Origin: Bugula neritina
Taxonomy: Eukaryota; Animalia; Bryozoa
Direction: 5' to 3'
Assembly (NCBI GenBank): GCA_964035545.1
Contig: OZ037767.1
Coordinates: 25,374,628-25,438,627, forward strand
DNA length: 64,000 nt
In this document: positions 25,501 to 37,720 of the stretch, piece by piece
How the letters are laid out: each line of letters starts with the position of its first letter
Numbering within the stretch: position 1 is the stretch's first letter
Program-made: the position numbers and the translations under genes
Notes under the pieces: model-generated
The model's database searches: none
What the model was told of the DNA's origin: nothing
Seen by the model: only the letters and a program-made list of their open reading frames with translations

Positions 25501-27746
25501 CAAGTGCCCCGACTACTTTGAATCTAAAAAAGCTGCTTTTGCTAAAATAGCATTTGGGTGTATCATTGGTGAGCTATGCAAGTGCTACCTAAAAATTTTG
25601 GAAGTTAGTTGTTATACTAATAATACTATGTTAGTGATAATTTTGGTAGTTATTGTATATGTAAGCCCTGCTGATCATCAACATAAGACTAGAGAATAAT
25701 CTGAATAAATTATCAGTTCCTAATGACTACCAGTCAGGAAATCAGTTAAGCAAGTAATAGAGCTAGTTAATACAACTCAATTAATACCCATCATGAAAAC
25801 TAATTCATTTTCAAGCCATGCAATAAGCAATACGAGCTCAAAAATTTATTGTTTTCTCATAATATTTTAATTGTTGACGATAATTGGGACAGACAGAACA
25901 TTAGGAGTCCAGCATTTAAACAAAATTAGTGAAATTCAGGCAGGTAAGATTGCAATATTAATATATTACGTTAGTTCTTATACTAGTAGTTTATATTATA
26001 AAATTATGAAATATGCCTTCATTTTCTCAGTTTGCAAATCACAAATTTGAGGCTTTTAGGTAAAGTATTGAAATGTGGAGCTTCTTCTTTCTTAGAGACT
26101 ACAACACTACCCTTTACCACTAGTGCAGCTACTACAGTTTCAGAAAAAGATTCTTCAAAAGGGACGCTACCTGACCGAACTTCGACTACACTGTCCTCAC
26201 CAAGTAATGTTGACGATTCTGAGGTTAAAGATCCAAAGAAAAGTACTAACAAGAATGGTGTGTTTGCTTCTACAGTGAATACTTTAGACTGTGATCTCAA
26301 ATTGGTGGCACCCAACAAATTTTAGCTTAGAATACAAATATCTGGGCTTTAAATTATAATGTCCCAGTACTTATTATTTAATTTTGTAAACATATGAGTC
26401 ATAGATATCTTTATCTAAACAAATTATCCCCTGCACCCTGTTGACATCTTTTGTATTAAAGTATGCCTGCTACTAGATCAGGCTGGTAATGCTTTGCAAA
26501 CTCCAGTAAAGTTGAAACCTACAAGAAATTATATATTTATAACCAAAATGAGTGGCAGAGTGTACACTGCATGTCCATGTGGTTTAGCTCAAAAAGATGT
26601 ATTAAAACAAGTCCTTTTTTTTAAAAGTACATATGTAAATATTATTTAATTATGCACATGTGATACAGCAGCTAAAAAAATTTAATATTTGATATGCTAT
26701 AATATAATTTTTTATTATATACAGTTATACTATATACCAGGTAATTTATATGCAAGTTAGTTCCAACTTTTTTTATATTTAATTGCAGCAAAAACAATTA
26801 AAATTGTATTTTCTACTTTTTTGTCTTGCATATTTGCTAGATGTTGGAATGGTGATAGGCCTGTCTGTAGCTGGAGGAATACTGATTATAATCATAGTGG
26901 TGGCTATAGCCGTGTTTACTGTCAGGACCAGTCAGAAGTGAGTATCATTTGCTGCAATCAGTATCATTCTGTAATTTAGCTATAATTTTATAGTTAGTTG
27001 CTATGGAGATAATTTAACTCTCACACATTCTGCTGCTACAACAAAGAACTGCAATGAAGATCTGCTTTTCTAGAAAAAGCAGTATGACTACTATTGTCTG
27101 ATTTATATAGAATACAATTGGTTTACAATCTATAAAGGCAGTAGCATATGCAGGCATTCTGGCAACAAAATAGTCAAACGTATCATTTGGCAACTTTTTC
27201 TCTGATTTGCTATGGCATTGTTTTTAAATAACAATGATAGCAGGTAAGCATTATGGTTATTAACAATCTATTTCCACATAAGAGAAAGTATTACCGCATC
27301 ATGAATTTTGTAGACAAAGTGCAAGCAGCCAATCACAGAACAGTACCAAAACCTTGGCATCATCAGACATAGAAAGCTCACCAGCAGACAACACTGCTCA
27401 ACATACTGCAGATGTCTATGGGTTTGAAAAACCAAATGCAAGCCAACAAGAACGCCTTCAAAGGAGAAATGACAACATCAAACGTAACTTGTCGTTCAAA
27501 TCTGAAGAATCCAAAAACAAACGACCGTCCAAACTAAGTAAAAGTAAGCATAGAAGTAAGTCATCTTCTACTGACCAGCTAAACTCTAACAACTCTAACA
27601 ATAAAGCTGAGTCAGCAGTAGCAAGCGAACCAGACAAGGATGAGAGTACAACTCCTGCTCAACAATCTGGAGAAGAAACTAGTAAGTCTTCCAATACGCC
27701 AAGAACAGAATCAAACGTAACAGAGCATCATTTAGATAAAATTTAA
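19506..27746 (+). CDS. Type I membrane protein: signal peptide, divergent SUEL/Gal-lectin-like Cys domain, Ser/Thr stalk, TM helix, Ser/Lys-rich tail
   Basis: Exons 19506-19539 (MKTYLFGLFLL), 24569-24672, 25325-25568, possible 25893-25943, 26060-26257, 26841-26937 (TM MVIGLSVAGGILIIIIVVAIAVF), 27314-27746; all phases join. ESCDGKQTCTL resembles the SUEL CxGKxxCxI motif. Confidence 0.8.
22903..23157. mobile_element. 255-bp MITE with 34-bp TIRs (imperfectly extending to about 48 bp)
   Basis: CGTA(G/C)GCCGTAACAGCAAATATCAGCCATTTTTA at both ends inverted, 1 mismatch; no coding capacity. Confidence 0.85.
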
Positions 27747-29467
27747 ATCATATTCAGTGTATGAAGATTCTCACCTATCGCCGCTCTATCCTGTTTGGGT
27801 AGCGGGATTCAGTATATGAATATGATTATTGCATATCAATGTATGAACCGCTATATGCATGCATTTCATTGCTCACCCCTAAAGATCTTGGTTCAAAGCA
27901 GATGAAGCAGTTTGTAGTACTAATCAATTTCATCCGATTACTTCTTGAAGTTTTGAATACCAGCTCCTTCATAGTAAAGTACTTATAGAGCCTGACGCTG
28001 TATTAAGACTGGATTATTATTATACATGTAGTTATATACTGTAATATACATATATACGCCCACTCAGTTTTTTTGTGACTTCCATATTACATTTTGAATT
28101 GCTTTGGTTATATATGGAATGATCTCTGCCAAAATGTTGCCAACTGATTTTAAATGCTCAAACATTTGAACAATTATTTACATGTTATTTTCACACATGT
28201 GTTTCACTTTATCCATCCAAATAGTATGGTGGTGAAAGTTTTACTCTCCTTGGTTTACTGATTCGATATAATAGATATCTACATTTTAAATCCTTAATAT
28301 GCAAGCAATACAAGTGATGCCAACTAACATGTTGATTTTATGCATTACTATTACATACGTGAAATACAAATGCATTTATATATCATTTGTATCTCGAGTT
28401 TTACACATGTGCAGCCATCAGAACATAATATTGTGCCAGTAAATTATTAATTGATAACTTTACAGAAGAATCATAATTAAAATTAAATGTTACAATATTA
28501 CACTCTGAAATAGTTTTTACATCATGTAGCTATTCCAGCAAGGATGTTTTCAAGGACAATGTACGCTCTCACGCACACAGAATTACTCCAATGAGACTCG
28601 ACACATCCAGCTGCAAGCACCATTCGAATGGATCGAAGCACCAAAAACTTGCTATGGGTAGTCACATATAACTTGATTTGCTCCAAAATTACTTTCCTTT
28701 CAACTTTGAGTTGCAGATTAAAAAAAACCTGCATTGCATTTCTTTCTGATAAATACAAGATCTTAGATCTGAGTATACATACTTTTAGCATTTTCTTTGC
28801 AGCAAGTATTAAAGTGATTTTTTTACCCTCAGAAGCTGACAAAAAGCCGCACAGAAATAACTTGTTAAAAAGTTAGTTTGAGTTTTAAGCTAAAACTTCA
28901 AATGCATGTCTATATTTTCAAGTAATGCAAAAGTTGGGACACATATAAAAATATACTACAGCTGAGTGTAGAAGCAGAGACAAGAAAACTAACTCTCCAT
29001 ATTAGGGTACTAGTAACTACATGCTGATCACCCCTGCAACACTGTAAAAATTGTCGCATGCATAATATTAAAAATCAGTTTGCTAAATTCAACAAAAGCA
29101 CACATGCAATAAATAAATATTAAATTATGACACACAGTTGAATGAATTCTCAGACAGATACAGCAGATGAAAAACTTCAATTTGGCCCCAAGTGAGTACC
29201 GGGTGGTAACTTATTGGATACTAGGAGGCCTTGAGTAGATACAGGTAAAATTCAGCTGGTCCCATGTATAAGATTGTACAAACTGAACAGATAAGAAATT
29301 GTTTACATCACACAATTAGAGCATAAAATAAAAAATATTTAAAATTGAAGACAGGAAGATTTTCTATTCAATGGATGGTTACACTGCCGCGTAATTCAAC
29401 TGCAGATTTCAACATTCTTATGATGCAAGATTTCAGTGGGAATGACTCGATTAAAATCAGAAGCTCT

Positions 29468-32400
29468 TCAATTGGTCCAGTGAAGGTCGTCAGGTTTTAA
29501 CCTCGTTTTCAAAGTTTTCATCGTATTCAGTGTCCTGAGGTTTTCCTGTCTACTCGGTGGCCGGCATTCCTGAACCCGATCAGCTCGGCAGCCCTTAGTT
29601 TTTATTGTAGTGGTAACCTGCAGAAAGACACAAGCTTAGTATTAGCAATCTGCAGATAGAAGTATGTTCATTAATAGCAATCTGCAGATAGAAGTATGTT
29701 CATCTGTAGATAGAAGTAATAGCAATCTGAAGATAATAAACATAATATTATTCTTAGTAAGTAAAATGACACAAACAGTAATAAGAATAAACTGTAGATA
29801 GAAGTTTAGTAAATAGCAATCTGAAGAGAGAAGTAAAAGCAATCTGTAGATAGAAGTAGGTTCCATAATAGCAATCTGTAGAAGTAAGTTCAGTAATAAC
29901 GCATTTTACAGAGAGAAGTTCAAAAATAAAAATGAGAGGGCTTTGAGATAAAAATTCTGTTGTTAATATTTGCAAGTTCTTTAACATCTAAAATGTCCGA
30001 GCAACATAAACTCAAGTAAAATAAACAGATATTTGGAGCTAGTCTTGACAACAGAATAGTTTTCAGTACTAACTACTAGCAAATACTGCACTACATGTCA
30101 AATAACACATGTAAATACATTACATTAAATATTAATTTTACTATGAACAATGGCACAATCATACTGAAGAAAAGGGAGATAACTCTCAAATAAAGCAGAG
30201 AGCTCAATTCCCTCAACTTCCACAATTTTCAAGATTTATTCAGCAACGCCCATCAGCACAGTACACATTTTCCACCCCGTGGATAAAAAGTCTCTACGAT
30301 CCAGTTTTAGAATAACATCCACACAGTTGTGATTTATTTCCGAGCATTAGTGAGTGTACAAAGATAGTGCAGCTAGTTATGTATACAATTTTTATCTCAT
30401 TGACTACCAAGTTCCTGAAATGCTGAGAGAAAAGGGTGGGGTTAGAGAAGCCCACATCACATCTAAACAAACTAACCTGTACTTCACCTGTAGTGGAAGA
30501 GCTTGGCACTTTGTAGGCATTCCTTGCTTGCATTGACTTGGAACTGCTCGAGTCCGGCTTGTTTCTTTTCTCATTGAGCTAACAACAACATTGTAAGGAC
30601 GTTGAAATATTGAAGAGTGACTGCTTATTTTTATGGAGCATGTTGGAGGAATAGATTAAAGTCACATTCTTTAGGCTGCCAATAATTAACTACTTTATTT
30701 AATTTAAGAGTTTTTAAAAACGAACACATAGCTAACATACTGCAGCAATCGCCAAATTTTAGTCATCAGTTAATAGCGCTTGTCATGACTTGAATCCAAC
30801 TCGTACACCTTAATCTGAAAACATTTCTTACCACCTTATTCTGAATGCATACACTATACACCTTATTCTGAATACATAAACTACACACATTATTTTGAAT
30901 GCATAAACTACACACCTTATTCTGATAGGCACCAAGCCTTGCTATTTGCTCAGCTTTAGTGGACATTCTAATCTCCAGTTTTTCTATTTCATGCTGAATC
31001 TCTGCTGCCAGTGCTGCCGTGACAGCTGAGTCACACTCTCTAGTCAGCTCATGATGCTCCCTGTAAACAAAGGGTCAAGGTCAAAGCTGGAAACGTGAAA
31101 TTTTATTTGTTTTTCATGGAGTCTTTCTTATTTTTTTCAATGCAGCATCAATTATATACAGATTTTACAGTACTGAAAATATTTCATTAAATTTCTTTTA
31201 TTAATATTTTCATGTGAATTTTTAGTAAAACAAAACATCAGATGGGTCATTTTACTTAATTTAGTACACACTGGATATCTTCAGTTTTTGGCTATTTTTC
31301 ACAATTTAGCTGGTAATGAACATGGTTCTTTGGTCAAAACTAGTAAAACATCAATAAATACACCTAAATAATCAAAGTTCTTTTTAATTTTGCTTCATTT
31401 CCCATGTTTTTCCCTAATTATTCAGCTAGTTTTGGTTACGGATCGTTACGGTTTTTTCGTAACGGTCTGCACATATAGAATATTAGGTGCATATGACAAT
31501 GACCTGTGCTTTAATGTTGGGGAATCCCCTCCCAACCTTTTCTGTTATGCGTAGTTAAAACCAGCACATAAAAATACCACGTATAGTAAATTTCAGTGGA
31601 TTTTGAGCAAACTTTAATGTTGGGTCATAATTTGCTGGTGTGTACTAAATGAAGTAAACTGACACAGATTCTAATAAATAAGAACCAGAACTTTCATGTA
31701 GCTACAAATACATGCTCGAAATGACACTTTAATAACACAAAATTCAAACTAGTAGCAATTTTCAAAAATTGTGGCTGCAATGTTTTTCCTCCCCTCTCCC
31801 ACATTAGCTTAATAGTGGAAGCCTTGAAGCACAAGCAGCACATTTGTGGGTATCTGGTATATATAGCGCTATTACGTTACACACTAGTGATGTAGCTGCT
31901 TACGCTGACATGTGGGTGTACTCCTCCGCCAGTTGATCCATCATGTCCTGCAGCTCACATTCACTCTCGCTGTTATCTGTGGCTGTAGATGACACGATGA
32001 GTTTGGGACGGTTAGCGCAACGCTTCGATCTCGGAGGAGCTGATCGGGGGCGGCGTCTGTCCGCAGCGGCAGCACACAGGTCGGGATTATGACTCTTCAT
32101 CTTGGCTATCACGTTCTGCACATTGGTGCCCACCCGGTGACTAGGGGCTGTTGACTAAACCAAATATTGAACGGAATAATTATTAATAAGGAGAACAATT
32201 GGTAAATATAATTTCAGAATACAATAAGTAAAAAATAATTTTACAATTACAATTAGTAATTAGTTATGTATGATTCAGTGAATTAGCGTAACAGTAAAAT
32301 CTTAGTAACAAATTGGATAACATTATCATGTCTCCCCATATGCTAATTCAGTCAAGATTGTGTGCAGGATGCATGTCGCAGGACTTACTTGGCCGACAAC

Positions 32401-35400
32401 AAATGGAATATCAGCTAGGTTTAGCCTGTAGTGCTGTCCGGGCACAGGGTGGGGCGGTTTACACTTTTTAGGACGGCGCCTCTTTTTCTGCTTTGCTGGA
32501 GAATCAGGCTTATGTTTGTTGGGGGAGACGGGAGGGGAAAGCTTGTCTATGAGTATCTGATTTGTCTTTGCTGCACTCCGTAGCTACCAACAAACATGTC
32601 AGTCTATACCAAGCAGAGAGCGAAAAAGAAACTATTTTAAAAAAAATTCCAAGAATAAATATTTGAAGAAATAATTTTATGATAGAATCCCGATACATCC
32701 AGCTAGCCTACAGTTACACACATATCCAGCTAGCCTACAGTTACACACATATCCAGCTAGCCTACAGTTACACACATATCCAGCTAGCCTACAGTTACAC
32801 ACACATCCAGCTAGCCTACAGTTACACACACATCCAGCTAGCCTACAGTTACACACATATCCAGCTAGCCTACAGTTACACACATATCCAGCTAGCCTAC
32901 AGTTACACACATATCCAGCTAGCCTACAGTTACACACACATCCAGCTAGCCTACAGTTACACACACATCCAGCTAGCCTACAGTTACACACATATCCAGC
33001 TAGCCTACAGTTACACACATATCCAGCTAGCCTACAGTTACACACATATCCAGCTAGCCTACAGTTACACACACATCCAGCTAGCCTACAGTTACACACA
33101 CATCCAGCTAGCCTACAGTTACACACACATCCAGCTAGCCTACAGTTACACACATATCCAGCTAGCCTACAGTTACACACACATCCAGCTAGCCTACAGT
33201 TACACACACATCCAGCTAGCCTACAGTTACACACATATCCAGCTAGCCTACAGTTACACACATATCCAGCTAGCCTACAGTTACACACATATCCAGCTAG
33301 CCTACAGTTACACACACATCCAGCTAGCCTACAGTTACACACACATCCAGCTAGCCTACAGTTACACACACATCCAGCTAGCCTACAGTTACACACATAT
33401 CCAGCTAGCCTACAGTTACATACATATCCAGCTAGCCTACAGTTACACACACATCCAGCTAGCCTACAGTTACACACACATCCAGCTAGCCTACAGTTAC
33501 ACACACATCCAGCTAGCCTACAGTTACACACACATCCAGCTAGCCTACAGTTACACACACATCCAGCTAGCCTACAGTTACACACATATCAGTAACTCAC
33601 CTCAGCACTCAGGTTTGGAGACACAGATGCTCTCTGTTGGTTTCGAGTTTCTTCCAAGACTTTCTCCAAATCTCGAATACGGTTCTAATCAACAGAAAAA
33701 ACAAAGGTAAGTTACAAATAGAAATCCTTAGCTAACTTCTTTTTTTAGCAGCTTAAACGTAGTGCATGAGATGAAATTTCTCACTAAACCAGACAAAGAA
33801 AGAGCATACTCTACCTGAGCAAGAGCCTGGCTGGCCTGCAGACGTTGATGTTCTCTCTCCATCCCAGCTATCTTCTCCATCTGTAGCCTAAGTTCCTGGC
33901 CAGTGTTAGCACTGCGGAGACGCATCATTTGCTCGCTCCTCTCGTAAGCTAGCCGTTTCTCAGCCTCAGCTTCATTGAGCATTTTCCTCATGTACTCCAG
34001 CTGCTTGTCAAGCAGTTCACACCTCGAGTCTGCAGACCTCAGCTGCTCTTGTATGTCTGAGTACAATTTACAGTAAGCATGTATAATATAATACCACTGC
34101 GTTTATACGTTGTCAACAAATATCTAATCCTAAGCTAAATGTAATGATTATACAACAAGCAACCTTTCATTGACAATCCGTTGAATTAAACCTCCCAAGT
34201 CAGAAACTAACAACACAAATTTTAACAAAAAGTAACCAGAATTAAAACAGCTTATAATGATATCAAATAATGATCCCCAAATTAAAGCATACATTAGCAT
34301 AGTAAAGTTTCAACGCAATGTTAAGTGTATACACATTGAATCCCAAAGCCATGCTGCAATGCTGTTGCTACGATTCTATATTTAGTAACTAAAGTAATCA
34401 TAAACGATAATATTGTCAGCAAACAAAATTAAGAACAGCAGTGTGACCTTTTCAAAAGAATATTCATCAGTTAGCCAAAGCTACTTGCAACTGATCAAGT
34501 TCTATTACGTGTGAGTAATGACTAAACTACGAACTATACTATAATGGCTGCATTTTTATACTTGAAAAATAAAAGAAATATCGCAAGTTTAATTTGAATA
34601 CCATTTTGGTGTCTGGAACTACATCTGCCGGGTGACAAACCGGGAGATGTACGATAATCGCTAGTTTCAATTCGTGACCTTGGAGTTGTCCTTGGTGAAC
34701 AGTCTGCTCTCATTCGCTCAAGTGATTTCCTGTAGTAGGTTGTTTCTTTTGATAAACCTTTCAAATTCTCCTCAGCTGTAGTCCTTTCTACTTCGAGTGC
34801 TCTTATTCTATCCTGAATATTTTTTAGTGCATCCACAACATCTGAAAAATAAATCTTAACAACTGTGGCAATAATGATTAAGTCTACCGGACATTATTAT
34901 TGACTGAAATAGTCTAAGCTTTATTTACAACTAACAATATTTTTGAGATGATGGGGCTACTCAGTTTATTGAACCCTCTTCAATTAACCTGCTACAGAAT
35001 GTCTAGTCAGTAATTCTACGCCCCTGTTTAATAGAACTGACTCCATGTTGTTTATAGAATTACTGGATGGCTGATTTACATAACAGCTCTTGAAAGCATC
35101 ATTTATTATATAACTTTGAAAACATTTTATATGACTTTCAAATTCCAAAGCAAGAGCTGAAACTACCTGGAACAAATATATCAAAATAAAAACTACTGTT
35201 GAATATAACTAGTGGTGACATTACTAAACATTAAAAAGAGTTTCTATTATAGTTTCTGGAATGGTAATTAATGGCCAACTCAACTCATATCACATCATAT
35301 TATATGAAAGTTAGAAGAATAAACATTGAAATAGCTGGAGACCGCAAACTCACAGCAACATATTTTCTACTTTAGCAGCTGCAAACAAAGCTACAATGTT

Positions 35401-37363
35401 GACATGTGCAGGTAGCCCCAAGACTGATTAGCATTAAAACATACACCCATAGTAAGTTATACAACATATTAACCACGCAACAACAAAGCTGCAACAGAGT
35501 TATATTCAAAATGAATAAAATAACACTATACCCTCTGTATTACATACATGTTAGTAGCTCACAAAACAATTGTCATTGTATATATTTTAGAATTTGCAGT
35601 ACAATACATCAAAAGACTTATTGACTTATAAAAATTTGCATAGCTACAGTTTTTGAGCTATATTCAAAGCTGACCACTTTTACAATACACATCATGTATA
35701 AAAAATACCAACATGGAATTTCACTTATTTTTTGGATAACTCAACTTAAAAACTAGATATTGATAAAGGGAGCTACCGAGTTTAGAATACCATTTTCCTA
35801 TCTTGCATCCCCACCATACACAACAATTGCAAACTAGCAACATTATTCTTAGGAAGCCATAAATTCTGCCGACAACTTTACACATGAAACAGCTTTGTCA
35901 TACCAGCTGAGAGTTAAAAGAAGTATAATTTCAACTAGAGAAAGTTATGTTACTATCTTACTGTCTCGCTGGCTGGTAGGTAAACCTCGCGAAGGTGAAG
36001 TTGACTCTCTCCAGTTATGCCGATGTGTGTCTATTAAACCCTTGCTGGGAGTTTGAAATACAGACGCTTCATCTGAATCCAGCACCACTGGGGCACTCCG
36101 AGAGGGCTAGAACACATGTAGAACTGTAAAGTACTAAGGCTGTAGTAATTTGTCCTTGTAAGGAATCAAAATTGTGTTTTTAATATCAGATCATAAAGAT
36201 AGAAAGAGAATGTATGCAAAAGTTGAGAAATTATTTTGTTGCTCACTACATACTTCTCTCAGCATTTTGATTCTCACAAAGATTGCAAGTATGACCTAAT
36301 GCTAGATTTTTATGGTATAGGTAAACTTACTAAAAGCATTATGAATTTTAAATGTTTGAAAAAAGTTGTGATAACTATGGATTGAAAAGGTACTTGTAAT
36401 GTGTAGTGTTTAAATAAGTGGGGCAAGGAAGCTATTTCTGTTTATTGTATTAATGTAGCAAAAAATAGGTGACATCAACAACAGTACATGTGATTTACTG
36501 TGTTTTGTGCATGATCACTATTATGAAGTTTATAATCGGACTAATTTCTATTAAAAACTATAACAATTTAATCTCTTGCTGATTTTATAATATAATATTT
36601 GTCAATAAACCATCAATGTATTATTTAATATTTCCATAACAACAACCACAATCTTTAGAATGCTACTAATACAAATATGTGCAAAAATCACACAAGTACA
36701 CAGTACACAGACACACACATACACACAAAGAATAATAACAATGATAACCATAGCAACATAAGTATGAACACTGGTACCAAGTCTCAGAAAAAGTAGATGT
36801 TCATAATGTTAGTCCGATTGGTACTCAGTCTCGCACTCATAATCATAATGGCAGTTATATAAATAACTTGTGAATGCTTAATCGGGCTAACATTAACAGG
36901 AAAACCATCAAATTTAACTTTGAAGTCAATCTAATAGCAGTATGAAAATTATATTTACTTATACTATTAACCATCATTATGCCACATAATGTGCATCACA
37001 ATGACATTGATAATTAAATAATATAAGTTAAAGTATAACCATCAACTTCAAGTCCATCATGATTGCTATTACTATTAGTATTAGTATTAATATTATCATT
37101 ATGATTAAATCATTAATCAATAATGAATAATGTTATACTATATTTATCCATGAGAGTTTTAGACAATTTATCTACCTAATAATTAGAATATATACTTTCA
37201 TTTTTATTTTATTAACAAACTGAAACTCATTCTCAAAGTCAAAACAAAACTTCAGCAACTACAAGAGTGCATTAACATTTAAAACTAAAATATGACTTTC
37301 AATTTGAGTTTCTGTATCACTTAGACTTAGAGTTTGACTTACAGTTTTATAGAGGTCCTCCAT
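29468..37363 (-). CDS. CEP57: Centrosomal protein CEP57/CEP57L1 family (translokin)
   Basis: Approximate exons 37343-37363, 35962-36106, 34602-34842, 33815-34056, 33601-33684, 32389-32583, 31904-32154, 30916-31061, 30477-30578, 29468-29618. Motifs [76 protein letters not shown] and C-terminal DDLHW match the recalled Cep57 CLD and microtubule-binding domains. Confidence 0.92.
29643..29885. repeat. Degenerate tandem repeat (TAGCAATCTGYAGATAGAAGTA core)
   Basis: Core recurs about 7-8 times with variable spacing in the last CEP57 intron. Confidence 0.75.
30805..30925 (-). repeat. 27-bp tandem repeat containing the CEP57 exon end and splice donor
   Basis: Minus-strand unit CAGAATAAG|GTGTGTAGTTTATGCATT, about 4.5 copies; translates as QNKVCSLCI. 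Confidence 0.85.
31244..31665. mobile_element. 422-bp MITE with 28-bp TIRs and a 4-bp TSD (AGAT)
   Basis: GGGTCATTTTACTTAATTTAGTACACAC vs reverse complement of the right end GTGTCAGTTTACTTCATTTAGTACACAC (3 mismatches); AGAT at 31240-31243 and 31666-31669. Confidence 0.8.
32695..33589. repeat. Minisatellite, 27-bp unit (CCAGCTAGCCTACAGTTACACACAYAT), 33 copies, in a CEP57 intron
   Basis: Near-perfect array; one C/T variable position plus one private SNP. Confidence 0.98.
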
Positions 37364-37720
37364 TTACAAGACGATGCTTGACATTTTCACAACAAAACCC
37401 TTCAAGAATAAGTTCCGAGATGTATCAAGAGATTGTAAAAACTATCTGTTTTAAATAGAATAGTATTTGTGACGTACGTGTATCAATATGAATTTATTTA
37501 TAATTATCACAATGCTACTCATGGTTTCTAATGAAGCTTTATTGTCATCCGGGTTGGAAAGCCGCTTCCTTTTTTAAATTTCAATTCATTGATTGGACAG
37601 AAACAGTACGCATGCTTATAAGCGTTTCCGATCATTAGTGATTCACTCTGCTACTAGTTCTACTAACCACTGCTATCAGTCTTCTAATTTGGTCATTTAA
37701 TAGTTTTAATTTTTAGCATC
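37364..37720. promoter_or_regulatory. Compact bidirectional promoter shared by CEP57 and FAM76
   Basis: Divergent ATGs at 37363 (-) and 37721 (+); CRE-like TGACGT (~37470), ETS-like ATCCGG (~37548), CCAAT box on the minus strand (ATTGG ~37592); locally raised CpG. Confidence 0.75.

Noticed and set aside
26054-26066. AG|GTAAAG recursive-splice-like site (also at 39391 and 4542)
   Set aside because: Explained by exons starting with Gly or Val codons; introns are too short to need recursive splicing.
28522-28876. Overlapping opposite-strand ORFs between the lectin-like gene and CEP57
   Set aside because: No motifs or convincing splice context; likely chance ORFs in UTR or intergenic DNA.
32695-33589. 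CRISPR-like array
   Set aside because: No unique spacers, no cas genes, eukaryotic intron.
32677-33710. 302-aa Cys-rich (metallothionein-like) and 343-aa ORFs
   Set aside because: By-products of a 27-bp intronic minisatellite; read-through from the CEP57 exon stops at GTG AGT TAC TGA.
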